Assembly: GCA_965113315.1 (NCBI GenBank)
Contig: OZ220374.1
Length of the DNA stretch: 64,000 bases
Source of the DNA: Podarcis vaucheri
Lineage: Eukaryota
Strand: one strand, 5' to 3'
Shown here piece after piece: positions 1-13,530 of the stretch. Made by a program: the position numbers and the translations under genes. The notes beneath the pieces were generated by a model that saw only the letters and a program-made list of their open reading frames with translations, did no database searches and was not told where the DNA came from. The first letter of the stretch is position 1. The number at the start of each line of letters is the position of its first letter.

Positions 1-2236
1 AGAGGTTTCACATTTTTTATATTATATTATTTTAACGTCGTCCAGTAGAGAACAGATTTCGCCCGTATTATACGCACTCATCTAATATTCATGGTCAAGC
101 CCTACGGTTTTCCTGCTTGCTAGGCTCGTCGCCAGGTAGTTTTTAGACCATGCAAAAAGCAACGTCCGCATCCAACCTCGCTTTTTTGTGCATGCTTCTT
201 TCTCTAGCACCTATCTGTTGGCTTTCACTGGGGACCTCCAGCTGAACTCTTTGGACGCTTCTCTTGATCCCAATGACCGGAGAAGCAAAAACTGTGCATT
301 GGACCGACGGCGATAACCGCCCCATGTTTTTATTCCTCAGAAATCCATTTCTGAACCAGACAAATGGAGACGCCCCTAGAAATGCTCATTCTTTCATCCG
401 CGCAGCAGGTCAGGCTGAGTTTGAAGAAGCTTCTGTTCTGATCAGTGTCCAGCAAAACTCGGCCATAGCAATGATTTAAATATAGCCTCATCTTTCTCTC
501 TCTCACACCCCCCTGTGTTTTTGTTTTTTTATCATCAGAACTGGTCAAGCAATGAAACTGGTCAAGCAAGGAAACAAACGAACATCATATAGCATCCCCA
601 CCTCTATTGGTACATCTTTTGATTTATTTGCTTGTTTGCTTGTTTGTTTTGCATCGTGCTTCACCCTCAAAGAGTCACAGTTTCAGACAAGTTCTCCGTA
701 ACCAGAAGAGGGAAGGGTTTGTCTGGAAAGTGACAGACAGAAAGGCCGAAAAGGACACAGGGGGGGGGGTTGGAAAGGAGTAATTGGCTGCCCCCCTCTT
801 CTTCTTCTTTGTAGCAAATCAGACAAGACTCCTCCGGCTCTGAATGACCATCCTGGCATTGGCTAGGTTGCCGCTTTCAACTTGACCTTGGCCTCTAGTC
901 GTGTCTCCCCTCCCTCCCCAAAAGAGCGCTGCCCTGTTAGCCTTTTGCTGGGGTAGGTTAATGAATTGAATGAGTTGGGGAAGGTTGAGTGTGCTGTGTT
1001 TTGGCTCCGCTGCAAGGCGTTTTGAGAGAATGAGATTCCCCAAAAGGAAAGGGAAGGCGAAGGGAAGCTCCCCCCCTCCCCTCCCTGCCAAATAATGGAA
1101 AGACTTCGAAGGCCACATTTTTTCTAACGGCTGAAGCCCGGAAAGCGGGGTGGTGGGGTGTGGGGATATGAAAATATGCCAGGAATAAATATTTGCCTTT
1201 GGCCATGAGGAGGAATGCGGAAAAGACCATCCAAGAGGAGAAGTAGGCTGAGGCTGGAGAGGAAAGGAGCCCTTTATTGGTTACAATTAAGAGAATTCGC
1301 TGAAATATTGTCCGGTGACAAGAGTCCCCTCTGTCGCATGCCATTCTCAGCGAAAAGGGCCAGGGCAGGGCAGACTGGGGGACGGGCAGGCGAACTGACA
1401 GATCTGTTCCTTCCTACATACAAGGGACTGGGAGTCTCTCCAAACAATGCACGATTTAGAATTCCATCCTTGTAGCACTGCAGCGAAAACAATGTTGCAA
1501 GCCCCAGCCGCTCGCACAATAGTTCATAAATACCTGTCAAGCGTGCATCAAACAAGCAGACAGAGGTTTGGGTGTGGTGGGTTTTTGGTTTTGTTTTGTT
1601 TTTCCTTGCTTTTGCTTTTGTTTACAAAGACATATTTACTCCCTTCATTGCGGTCGGAGGTCAGTAAGTCTCAAATCCCCACTCTCTCGCGTGATTATAT
1701 TACCATGAATTAACTTCTACAGTACTTGCGTTTTGCAGAATGCATATAAATCCTTAAGCAGTCGTGTCTGCATAACATATACTCGTTATAGAGTATGTGA
1801 CAATGATAATAACAATAAATTATTAATTTATTAATTAATTAATAATAATTAATTAATATAAAATACTCCAAGGAAGTGCCCTTTTATTGACATAGTGGCT
1901 TTCCGTGTTGGTGCATGTGCTTACGCAGAGCGTTTCGGTGCAAAGGGTTTGCTATTAACGATGATAAGGGGGGAGTCCCTATGGTCACTCTTTGACAATA
2001 AATAATCCCACGCAATATTTTTATGGTCGGGGATGATTCATGCAAAAAATTGTAGGCTGCGCGTTTTATTGTTGCAATAACAAATAATACAGGGAGGGCT
2101 GATTCATTTCTGAGGTCTGCTTAACTCTTTCTCTTCCACACCCTGCCGTGGCAAATCTGCTGCCTACGTTCTGGATTCTGCCCCTCTTTTTCAGATGTAT
2201 TTGTCCAAAGGAGGAGTGATATCATTCAAAATGCAC

Positions 2237-2237
<1 letters not shown>

Positions 2238-2282
<45 letters not shown>
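2238..2282. repeat. (TG)n microsatellite
   Basis: Pure dinucleotide run upstream of HoxA13. Confidence 0.95.
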
Positions 2283-2284
<2 letters not shown>

Positions 2285-2689
2285 CTGGACTGGTCAGGAG
2301 AAGATGTGAAATACCCGGCGTTGACAGGCGTTGTGGTTTTAGAAAGAGGTGTTTTGACCTCGTAATGGTACAAGCAGTTTGCAGTCCTATGACACGAGAA
2401 AATACGAGTTTAAGTCTAGTGAGGGAGTGAGGGGGAGGGGAGGGCGGTACGTTCTCCAGGAAAAGCCAAAACCAAACCCCCCCCCCACACACACACCACC
2501 AACCACCAGTTGATGAGCAAGAAAAATACAGAAAGTCAGAAGGCTTTGACATTAAGACCGTGGAGTGAGAGCCTGTTGAAATAATTTCCTAGAGGCAATG
2601 TGCTAGAGGGAGTGGAGGGGGAGGGGGAGAGGGAAGAAATCCACACTTTGCAGAGCGGGGGGTGGGGAGGGAGGCGAAATACCTGCTCT

Positions 2690-3008
2690 TCCTTTGCACC
2701 CGCGTTGGCGCCTCCCTCGCCACGCAAAGTCGTGAGTGGAAGGGGCGGCCGCGCGCGCGGGCGAGTGCCGTCCGCCGCTGGCATTCCAAGCCGTGGCGCG
2801 ATTAGGCCATTATTTAATTATCTGCCCTTTATTCCTCAGATGTTTATCAGCTGCTTTGCATATCACGTGGGGGAGGGCGGTCCAATGAGCGCCGTCGTGG
2901 CGCGACACTGGCGCGTCAGCCCTGGTCAAGTCTGGGAGATTTAGTATCTCTTTTTTCAGTCTTTGGGGCTTTTAAAAAAGAGCCACTAGTCTCAATGCGG
3001 ATCGGGCT
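2690..3008 (+). promoter_or_regulatory. HoxA13 CpG-rich promoter and 5' leader
   Basis: CpG-dense; E-box CACGTG 2864-2869 and CCAAT 2882-2886 directly upstream of the CDS. Confidence 0.75.
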
Positions 3009-3717
3009 ATGACAGCCTCCGTGCTCCTCCATCCCCGCTGGATCGAGCCCGTCATGTTCCTCTACGACAACAGCCTGGAGGAGATCAACAAGAACATGGA
3101 AGCCGGTTTCCACGCGGCGGCGGCGGCGGCCGCAGGCACCAACTTCGCCGCGGCCAACCAGTGCCGGAACCTGATGGCTCACCCAGCCTCGCTCGCCGCC
3201 CCGGGCAGCGCCGCCGCCTACACGTCGAGCGAGGCGCCCGCCGCCGCGGGCATGGCGGAGCCCGGGGCATCTGTCAAGCAGTGCAGCCCCTGCTCGGCCG
3301 CCGTGCAGAGCTCGTCGGGGCCGGCCGCGCTGCCCTATGGCTACTTCGGCAGCGGCTACTTCCCGTGCCGCATGAGCCACCACAACGCCGCGCTCAAGTC
3401 GTGCGCGCAGCCCGCCGCCTCCTTCGCCGACAAGTACATGGACACGTCGGTAGGCGCCGCCGGAGAGGACTTCACCTCCCGAGCCAAGGAATTCGCCTTC
3501 TACCAGGGCTACGCCGCCGGACCCTACCAGCCAGTACCGGGCTACCTGGATATGCCCGTGGTGCCCACCATCGGAGGCCCCGGGGAGCCCAGGCACGACT
3601 CGATGCTGCCCATGGAAGGCTACCAGCCCTGGGCTATCACCAATGGCTGGAATGGGCAGGTCTACTGCCCCAAGGAACAGAACCAGCCGCCCCACCTCTG
3701 GAAATCCACTCTCCCGG
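3009..3717 (+). CDS. HOXA13: Homeobox protein Hox-A13, exon 1
   Basis: [24 protein letters not shown]...[11 protein letters not shown] is the HoxA13 N-terminal region; donor G|GTAATG at 3717/3718 (phase 1). Confidence 0.98.
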
Positions 3718-5360
3718 GTAATGCACCTGCATGACCCTTCTTTTCTACTCCGGAGTATGCTTACTTAGTGCCTCACTGTCTGCCTTGCCCCAGTAGAATT
3801 AACAACGCCCGTTCTCCTCCTAAGCCTCCACCATCACCCCTCACTTATTAGCAACAATATGGTCGCTTCCCTTAAGAGACAGAATTCGCCCCAGTTAGGC
3901 TGCAAATCCACACTGATCTGGGAGTGAGTCCCCTTCAGCTCAGGAGGGTTTCTGTCCGAGCAGACGCGCCCAGGATGGCTCTGCACCTATCCGTACTTCT
4001 CATAGTGCCCTCTTGGTTATTTCGCTCACAGCAGGGTCAGCCCCTTGCTCTGAGAAGACTAGCGATTTACTTGGCTGTCCCACCAATCATCGTGGTAGAA
4101 GTGAGAGTTGTGTTTATTGCCAGTCTCTTACCTTCTACAACGTGGTTACCTATATATGAGCCATTTGTTCTTAACTTTCACAGGGAGAGAGTGCGTGTGT
4201 TTGAATCTATAGAAAACAGTAGGGTTTACTTGCGAGTAATGCATGAAAGATCCGATTGTTGCTTTGCGATCATCTCTCTCACCAAGCGCGTTCCTGCTTC
4301 TTTCTCCGTCTATCCAGCCAAAATAGGGAAGATGTCTGGTTTACTGGTATATTAATATTTACCTCTTTTGCAACATCACCAACCCAACTAGCATAAATTA
4401 TAATAATACTTATAATATTGTAGCGTTTGTCCTCTTATTCATACTCTCCCAATACTCGTTAGATCAAGCCTCTCATAAGTAATTTGATTATGATGATTAA
4501 GTCCCCTCTTCCTTAGTGCCACTGTTGCCATTTCTTACGCCGCTACCACCCAGTTTAGTTCCTCGGTTTGGGCTATATAATAAAACTTAGAGTGTTGTTG
4601 TTTTTTACTTGCTCCATTACTAGCCTTCTGATTAACATAAAGCCTTCCTGGTGAAGCATGAACTCCCTTAGTCAGATTATTCCTCTACGACCAGCGGCTT
4701 TAGCAATATATACTGTATGTGTGTGTGTATATATATTGCTACTGCACCAGAGAAGTACTAGAAGCTGCAATACTGTACTAGTAGCTGTCTAGCTTCAAGT
4801 CAGGAGATTGTTACTCGTTCTGACTGCTCTGCTTCCAAATTATTTCGACCATCAGTCTCCGCTTCTCCGCACCCCCTCCCCTTCTTCAGCGGTACCAGAA
4901 CTAAGTTTCGGGTACCTCAGCTCTGCTGGATCTAGATTCTAGAACATATGCACGATTTGTTTGTTTATATATTTATTTCCGAGGAGCGAATCGGCTTGAA
5001 CCAGTCTGCCAAGGGGCATCAAGTCTTCCCGGTTAACAAGAATTTTCCACCGAGGCTTCAGCTCGCACGCTTCATCGGTTATTATAACTGCGTATAATTT
5101 TCCTACAGTCTTTTGGTGTCACAGGGAAAAGAGCTTGCAGCGAAGCGCTTGCTAGCAGCAGAAAAGCAAAGCCCGCATTTCTGGGCGATGACTTAGGAGC
5201 CAAGGCAGGCCTGTTGATTACAGTCCATTTTAGCTTGTCACTGCGTGAAGGGGGAAGGCATGGTGAAGAGTAATAAACTGATATCAGTTGATGGTCGTAA
5301 TAATGCTAATGCCCGCCTTCCTGTTTTGATTTTTTCCTTTTATTATTATTATTATTCTAG

Positions 5361-5605
5361 ACGTGGTTTCGCACCCTTCGGATGCCAACTCCTACCGGCG
5401 TGGGCGAAAGAAGAGAGTGCCTTACACCAAAGTTCAGTTAAAGGAACTGGAAAGGGAATATGCTACAAATAAATTCATTACCAAGGACAAGCGCAGAAGG
5501 ATATCGGCCACCACGAACCTCTCAGAGAGGCAGGTCACAATCTGGTTCCAAAACAGAAGGGTGAAAGAAAAAAAAGTCATCAACAAATTGAAGACGACGA
5601 GTTAA
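5361..5605 (+). CDS. HOXA13: Hox-A13, exon 2 (homeodomain); spliced product 317 aa
   Basis: Acceptor ttctag|AC restores DVVSHPSD; paralog-13 homeodomain [20 protein letters not shown]...[11 protein letters not shown]; TAA at 5603-5605. Confidence 0.98.
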
Positions 5606-6906
5606 CGGATTAAATGAAAGCGCAGCTGCCCAGAGGCCTAAAAAACCAACTCTCTTTCTCTATATTTTTTTGGTCCAGATTATAATAATAATAATAAGTA
5701 AATAATAAGTAATAAGAAAATAAGAAAAGACAATGAACCTCTTCTTTCACCAGAACTCTCTGTCTCTTTGGAATTATGGCTTTTGGAGAGAGCGAGAAAG
5801 AGAGAGAGAAAGTATGGGTTCTTGAGAAATGCTTTAAGACTTGTCAGTGCTCCCGAAATCCAGAAGAGGCCATTTCAGTGACTGAGTCTGAGAGCCCAAA
5901 TGCCCAATCCAGAAATATTTCAGTTAAGAAAGATAAACATTTTGTCGAGAAAAGCGTGTAAGTATTACTGTGACTGTTGTAGGACACTATTTAGGACTGT
6001 AATCTGAAAGATGGCTTTTTAAAAAAACACACACGCGCGCGCACACACACACGCACACACTTTGCGATCCAATTTCTTGCGTTGCTTCCCAAAAGCATGT
6101 TTGAATGGTTGCTCAGGTAAACACGGGGGTGGGTGGGGTTGTACAATTACTGTATGTTAAAGCAATGCCTTTTGTGTTTTCTGTTTTATTTTCTTTCTGG
6201 AGGAAGGTACTAAGTACCAAAGACAGCAGAAATGAAGGATGAACCTTGAAAAGAAATTAAAACCAGTCTAAACTACCGGGTGTAAAAAGGGGAACCTTAC
6301 CAAAAAGAAAATTGATTTACTTTCCAATCGCTCATTTCTTGATCCCTAAACTCAGTGATAATAGAATACTCCAGAGATTTGTAAAGGGACTCTATAGCTT
6401 TTCAGTATCAGCGACATTAATCAAGTAACAAATGGTGTAAATCCCATAAATGACTGTTTTCCAAACTTGGAGAGAAACAGAGACATGAGAGTTATAATTG
6501 TGATGTAACAGAAATCCCTTTCTAAGAGAAACAATCTTAAAGGACCTGATAATGAAAATATATTTTGCTTCCCAGAGATATCTTGATTTCTATATTCTAT
6601 AGTTTGAACTATGAGTAAGTAGACATTTTTCCTTCTTCGTTTTCAGTTATCAGGCTGCATTAGTAAGTATAGGAATTCATTTTACAGCACTTTCACCCCT
6701 TGAAACAAATCAGTCTGCAACTTCAACCAGCACATTATTATCCCCCCCCCCTTCACAAGGAGAGGCTATCTTGTAAATATTTTTTTTTTTAATCAGCACA
6801 CTGTGAAAATGTATTGGTGCACCCTTGGTTTGTTTTTTGTTTTTTTATATTTTTACTGAAAATGAAAATCTAAGAGCTGTAGATAGATACTAGTGTTAAT
6901 ACTGTT

Positions 6907-6931
6907 AATAAAAAATAGTCACTGTAATAAA
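6907..6931 (+). terminator. Likely HoxA13 polyadenylation signals
   Basis: AATAAA at 6907 and 6926, about 1.3 kb past the stop codon. Confidence 0.55.
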
Positions 6932-7435
6932 GCCTGCTTAAACCCTCCTTTATTTCGCTCCCTCTGATATATACATATACGTGAATTTCAGGACGAATGT
7001 ACTTATCCTGCAGGCCTAATGTTTTCTCCTAAATTGCTGATATGGTCCATATTTTCCCCGTAAATTACCTAGCCCAGAAAGCGAATGCGTGATAACTAAA
7101 CTATAAATGTTTCAGTAAGGTTAAAGAGTCAGGTATTCTGAAGGGGGGGGCGAGAGATATAAACGTTGAGCCGGAGCACCCCTTCCAGAATGAAAAACAG
7201 TTGTTAGAGACCACAAATGCAAGAGTGTCATATTTAAGGTTTATTGGCAGGACCGGTTAAGAGTTTTTTTGGGGGTGGGGGGAGCAAGGAGAGAGAGAGG
7301 TTTTGGTATTTGTTGAAATGACAGGACTAGGAAGGCCTTAAACCTTGACCTTGATGGGGGGGGTGGAGAAAAGACAATTTGTGACTTTGACTTTTGACAG
7401 CTCATGAATAGCCTTCTTCTGGATTAGTAGATGAA

Positions 7436-7454
7436 GGGCGCCACCTCGTGTTTC
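7436..7454 (-). promoter_or_regulatory. Putative CTCF site 3' of HoxA13 (11|13-type)
   Basis: Minus strand GAAACACGAGGTGGCGCCC resembles the CTCF core. Confidence 0.55.
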
Positions 7455-10400
7455 CACTTCGGCTTTGTCGGCACTGCTGCTAAGGATGGAAACCCAGCGA
7501 GGCCTGTCACCTGGCGCCTGCTTCACCAGGCGGGCGTCAGCCGAAGTAGTCAGGATGCAGGAAAACACACCGGGCGGCATTAGTCTACGGCTCATTTCAC
7601 ATCCCCGTCTCTTGGGCTTGTCTCGGAGACCAGTACATATTAAGACGTTTCTTCCTTGACTGGGCGTTGGCTCCTGAGAGCGCCTTGAATTTTGTTTATA
7701 TATATATCTCCAAGAGCTCTTTGCTGCCTGTTCGCCACCCTAATTAGAGCGGTCAGGCAACTTTTAAGGCGAATAATAATATTAATAATAATAATTTATT
7801 ATTTGTACCCCGCCCATCTGACTGGGTTTCTCCAGCCACTCTGGGCGGCTCCTTACATATATAAAGACATAATAAATAAACGCTAATACTTTGTCCACTG
7901 ATCGTAACTTATCACAGGCGACCCTGAGGTATTGGCTACGTCTTCGATCTTTTCAGAAACGTCAGGACTCGTAGGTCTATCTCTCCGCCACCAGTCGAGA
8001 TATATGGATGTGCACGAGTGTGCATATGAATGCCGCCATAAATCTGTTCGCCTTTAACGTGCTACAAAGGAAGGACTCTCTTTCTGTGATAGGCAGGGGG
8101 AAATGTGTCTGCATGCTTGGGCGTATTTTTGATAGGGAGGGCAGGCCTTTTGTTAGGGGGGAGTCCTTTGTGGGGGGCCAGAACCTTAGTTTGCTATGTA
8201 TTTTTATTGAATTTTATTGGCTACGCTCATGTGTGCATGTACATCCATGCGCGTATGTTCGCATATGTGCGCACATATACACATACGCATACACGTCCTG
8301 TAGGAGATTACATAACTACCAATGTATATTTCACTTTTGCTCGTCTTCAGGGGGTCCTCCAAGGCTCAATAAATGTATTAGTCTTTAAGATATCACATGA
8401 CCTTTTCTTTCTTTCATTTTTTTTTTAGCTATTTGAAGTGACTCTCTGGGACAGTGGGTGGTACCCAATAAGTTTTACTAAGAGTAAATCCATTGAAATT
8501 AATGTGCCTAAGTTATTCATGGCCCTTAATTTTAATGGGACAACTGAGCACGGCCAACAACCCAGTAAAGTGGTCTTCTTAATACAGTATAAATTGTTAA
8601 TACCTTCAGGTAGTATTTCAGAACGCGAAATGATCTCCTAGAAAAAGGAACTGTTTGAAGGATTTTATTGTGGACTCTTTTTTTTTTTTTTTGCTCGGTG
8701 AAATATAGAATGAATGAATGAATGAATTGAATTGAAAGGCTATTTTAATGTATCTGGCAGAAATCTCTGGCAATCCCATAATGAGCCTCTCCAAAAATCT
8801 TTTCTTAAGGCCTCCTGCCACCTCAGTTCTCAAGCTACTGAGACTGAGATGCTCAGATAGGTTGGTCCTTCCCTTCCCAATGAGGTCCAAGTTCACTGCT
8901 TTACTTTGAAGACGGACGGAGCTAAAACTCTCAGACAACAGAGATCTTATGCAAGCGAAAACCGGCTATCTTTAAACTGAGAATAAGGGGGATGCAAGTA
9001 TAAATAAACTGATGTTTTGGTTCTGTGGAAGGGCATTTTCAAAACAGCAACCGGAATTTGTTTCCTAATATACAGAGCATTTTTTTGCTTTTACAGAGAG
9101 TGTTTATATGGCGTTAGTGAGGACTTAGGGGGCTTCTGGGTGACTTTAGCGATGGATGCTAGACGCCTTGACGGGCTCTCCACACCTGGAACTATCCAGG
9201 ATAGGGAAAGGGCAAGAGTTGCGAACTTTGCGGCGCTGCTGGGAAAGTAATTCGCTACTTGTTTCCTGCATACTAATTGCATGTTAAGAGCTGTGACCTT
9301 GGAAAGTGCGCCTCAGTCTCAGCTTGCCCGCTGCACGTCAGAACTCATCTTCCTTGAACAATGCGAATAGGGATTTTGGCTTCCCTTGAAGTCTGTGGTC
9401 AAACTCCCTGACCTTCGCGGGGCTAGGTGCCCCACTGTCCTTATCCTCTTGGAAAGAATCCCAATGTAGGAGTTCAGATGATCTACCACTGCCCGAGGAC
9501 ACTGAGGGCACAGATTGGGTTGGATAATACAATATCGCCCAGTTACCTCTCTTAAATTCTGGACCCTAGTTTCCAAGTTGCTTTCCCTACTGACCTCACT
9601 CTTTACTATTTATTATATAGGCTGTGGCGTTAGGTACAATTCTGAGTGTTTTCAAATAAGTTCCCGGACGTTCCAATAATTAAAAATAGTGATTAAAGCC
9701 TCACCAAAAAATGTGACTAGACAATTAATTGGAGAACATGATGGCACATATTATTAGTTTACACGTGTGTAATTTGGCGTGTGAGTGTATGGCATTTAGT
9801 GGCACATAAATGTATGCTAACGTATGCTTGGATTACAGGTGGATCCCGTGCATTCTGCAATACGCAAACCAATGTGAGCATCTTTTGTTAATGCAGCTTG
9901 TATATCATGTATGGAAATGCGTAAACTATTATTCAAAACACTTATTTCAGGTATGGGAATATATGTGCATTGTATGGAACGAAAATGCCAAAATATGCAT
10001 AAATCTGTGCCTGTGGATATACTCAAGAGGTGCAGTCGTGCACTTCTGAGAACATTCTTAACAATTATATAACCAATATCGTCTTCCAAATCAAGACAAG
10101 GAACCCAGATTTAATCCGTAGGAGTTCAGTGGGACTGCTACACGAACTCGTTGGAGATAACTGAGTTGAGAATCCATCTGCTACATACTTTGGCACTTTG
10201 CTTTTAAAGTTTACCCATGCCACGTTAAACCAATAAATGCAATGCTCTTTAATGTGATATACACACAGAGCGATATATATAACTGAAGCAACAACAACAG
10301 TAAAAATCCTTCCAATTCTGCACCCAGGCAGGAGCCATCGTATACTCTAAACATTCGCATTGTAGGTTGGCACCTACACACAGAGGTAACTTCAGTTTTC

Positions 10401-13400
10401 TTAAAAATATCAGCAAGAGGGATGGAGTGAGACAAAAACCTCTTTTTACATCTACTCCGTGTGAAATCTCCTCTGATTAACTAAGACGAGTGCAGACTGA
10501 AAATGAGTTCTCCTGTTTTGAAAGCACAACATTCCTGCTAATTGCAGACTGAGTTATTTTTTAAATTATTTTTTAAGATATCCGTGTACATTTCTAGTCC
10601 CAAACCAGGACTCCTTCGGCCTTAATTCTAAATATAGACGAATGTTGCAATAATATTGGGAATGGTGGTGGCAGTAGTAGTAAAAGTAGTAGTAGCTGCA
10701 GCATGAGCAATTGCGTGGCCAAAAGGGTATTTGTATCCAACGGAGTATTGTTCTTCCCTCCCGCGCCCCAACTAACAATCCCAAGAAGGCTTGTGCGTTC
10801 CTGGGCCCGTTGGGAAGCCATTGCAAAATGCCTCCATGGGAAGTAAAATGCGTAAGAAGCTCAGTCAGCCAGCTGGTCTCTGGTCATCACGTTTTCTGAG
10901 TTCGACTGCGAGTCTGCGACACCCTGGAAATTCAGCCATGGGCGAATAAAGAGGGTTTGTTATCCTTTTCTCCCTCACCTCGCAAAATGACTTTTTAAAA
11001 AAGGAAACGCAGCCCATGTGATATTTTCTCCTCTTCTCGGCTGCAGTCATTGTCAACCTCATCCCTGAGAAATGCAGGGGAATAAAATCGGACGCAGGCT
11101 GTGCGGTGCATGGTGAATTCTCTACAAAAGGTCACGATAACAAATCAGAACCCTTCGGATGCGGACCCTGAATTTCGAAATTTAAGTTCCTCGATAACTA
11201 GCCGCATTATAGTTTAAATTCTGAGCCTCCTAAAACGCATATATGGGATATTAGTAGATTTGCACCCCCGATCCTAAAATTGTTTGTTAAGGAGCAAATT
11301 CTGTTATTCCAAACGTGCTTAATTTCCATATGAAATATTTCGGATTCTGGTATTCTTCCATGAACTTCCCCGGGTTTCTCGCTTGATTAAAATAGCTCAA
11401 GAAGCTTCCGATTTCAGGGCTAGATTTTATTAGTGCTTCAACTTAACATTTCACGCGCGTATTTGTTAAGGAAATCATATTCTGATGTGTATAATCTCCA
11501 GCGATTTCTCAGACATACCATGAAATTCAGGCCAAGGGGAAATGGTTCATTTTGCACAAATCCACCGCCCATTTAAACAGGCTGCTTAGACTTACTCAGA
11601 TTTACACCGTGGCTCTAAAAACATTGACTTGGGAGTAATTCCAAATGGTTGCGAGAGATATGACTCCCCGGTCACTGATTTTTAGGATCTCAGCCTTAGG
11701 TGGGAAATGGGGCTAAATCCTGCTACTGTAGGTTCAGTGGACTGGGTCCACCTCAAGACCAATAACAATCCCACCTTGCTCTGCCTTGTCCTCACAATCT
11801 ATGACTGTATACTGGATTACGATGAGACCCGCAACACTCTTATTTATAAATGTATGTGTCTACTCGGAAGTAAACCCCACTGCGTTCAACGGAGCTAACA
11901 CTTAGCGTAGATACGATTTCAGCCTGAGATGCAATGTTCTATTATATTGTATCAAGATTGGAGAGACCAGGCCGCTTGATAAACTGTGCTTGAAGAATGA
12001 ACTTCCATTTTCTTATTCGTTTTGCATCCATTAAATCCCCTCATTCATTCTCTTTTGCTTCAGTAATAGGAATGCCTAGATGTTCCGGTAGGGTGTGGTG
12101 CCTGTTATTTATGGCCTTCATTTACCCCTAAACTGTTGGCACATATATTTCCAGGTTACAAATTGCTGTTGGGTCACATTTCCCCCCCTCTCCCCATCTG
12201 CCGCCTTCGTTCTGAAATATATGCGTAATATCTGCTTTATAAGAACATCTATCACTAATGAAATGCGTCCGCCACTACGAATGCCTGCCTTGAGTTCGCG
12301 GCGAGTTCCCACGCAGCATTCGTGCCTTTCCAAAGAGCCTGGCGCTAACGTGGACCCTTCCACTTGTCCTCCTTCATTCTGCCATAGAAACACCAGGATG
12401 TTTTTTGTTGTTTTTTGTATTAATTTCAATAAGAAAATCTCTGTTACTTCTCAAAGCAAACGGGTTTAGCACACCAATCTAGTTTTAAGAAGCTTCCCTT
12501 CCCTGCGTTTAGCATGGGGGTGTGTGTCTGTGAGTATATACTGCGCTCCACACCCACCCCTTTTCTTCTTCCTCTAAAACGGAAACATTCCTAACCACCT
12601 TGGGTATTAAACTTTGTCCCTAACTAGGAAAAACAGTAATGTGGGGAAACGATTAGCGTTTATGCATATTGACTTTTAATGGCGGTAGGGAACGGCGAAG
12701 TAAGATTAACTGTAAACTCAGATGGTGCCAATCCTGGGAAAATTAGAGGTGCATCACGTTCAACTGCAAGCTCCTACATAATCACCTAAAGTAGAAGGAA
12801 TATATATAGGACTCCAGAATATAATCCGCATTCTAACCTCTCAAACTGCTGGCAGCAACAAATGTGTTTTTCTCAACAGGAAATAAAATTTGACAGCAGT
12901 GTGTTTCCTAATCAGAATTAAAGTAATACTGCGAGTCTATAACTTAGGCCATTTCTCCCCTCGAACATACTTCCGTTTCAAAACACCAAACGCTTAGTGC
13001 TTCGGATTGCAATGATTGGGATATAAATAGCTTGTGCTATCCAGGAAAAGACTTAGATTTCTAGAAATATATATATCGGGCAACTATTTTAGGGCCCAAC
13101 TGTAAATGAAAGTTAAATGTCAGTGGGTGTTTTAAAATATTTGGTTTTTTAAAAGGCATCAGTGTGTGTTAACTGAAATACGTTTCAGTATCTTAATCCC
13201 TCTGCAAATGGAGACGAGTAACTATTTTTTTAACGTGAGGAAGACCTAAAGAGACCTAGTCTGTTGGATCCGGACAAATGGAAAACACGGGCTTCCTGAG
13301 CAGTGCGCGGAGGGGGAGAGCCTCTTAGGCACAGGGGAAAAGCAGAATCGTGGATAATAGTTTCCAGCCGCTCATTCTGCGGTACTGAAAGATTGTCCCG

Positions 13401-13484
13401 CAGATTTGAATGGAGCTCGAGCTATCTCTGAAGGTCCGAGATAAATTGTGTCGCTATCTCTTTAACACCCTCCCCTCGCCTGCG

Positions 13485-13488
<4 letters not shown>

Positions 13489-13526
<38 letters not shown>
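13489..13526. repeat. (CA)n microsatellite
   Basis: Pure dinucleotide run. Confidence 0.95.

Positions 13527-13530
<4 letters not shown>

Noticed and set aside
2916-3721. Long antisense and alternate-frame ORFs over HoxA13 exon 1
   Set aside because: Expected shadow ORFs of GC-rich, stop-poor coding DNA; no recognisable domain. The same applies to those over A11, A10, A9 and A7.
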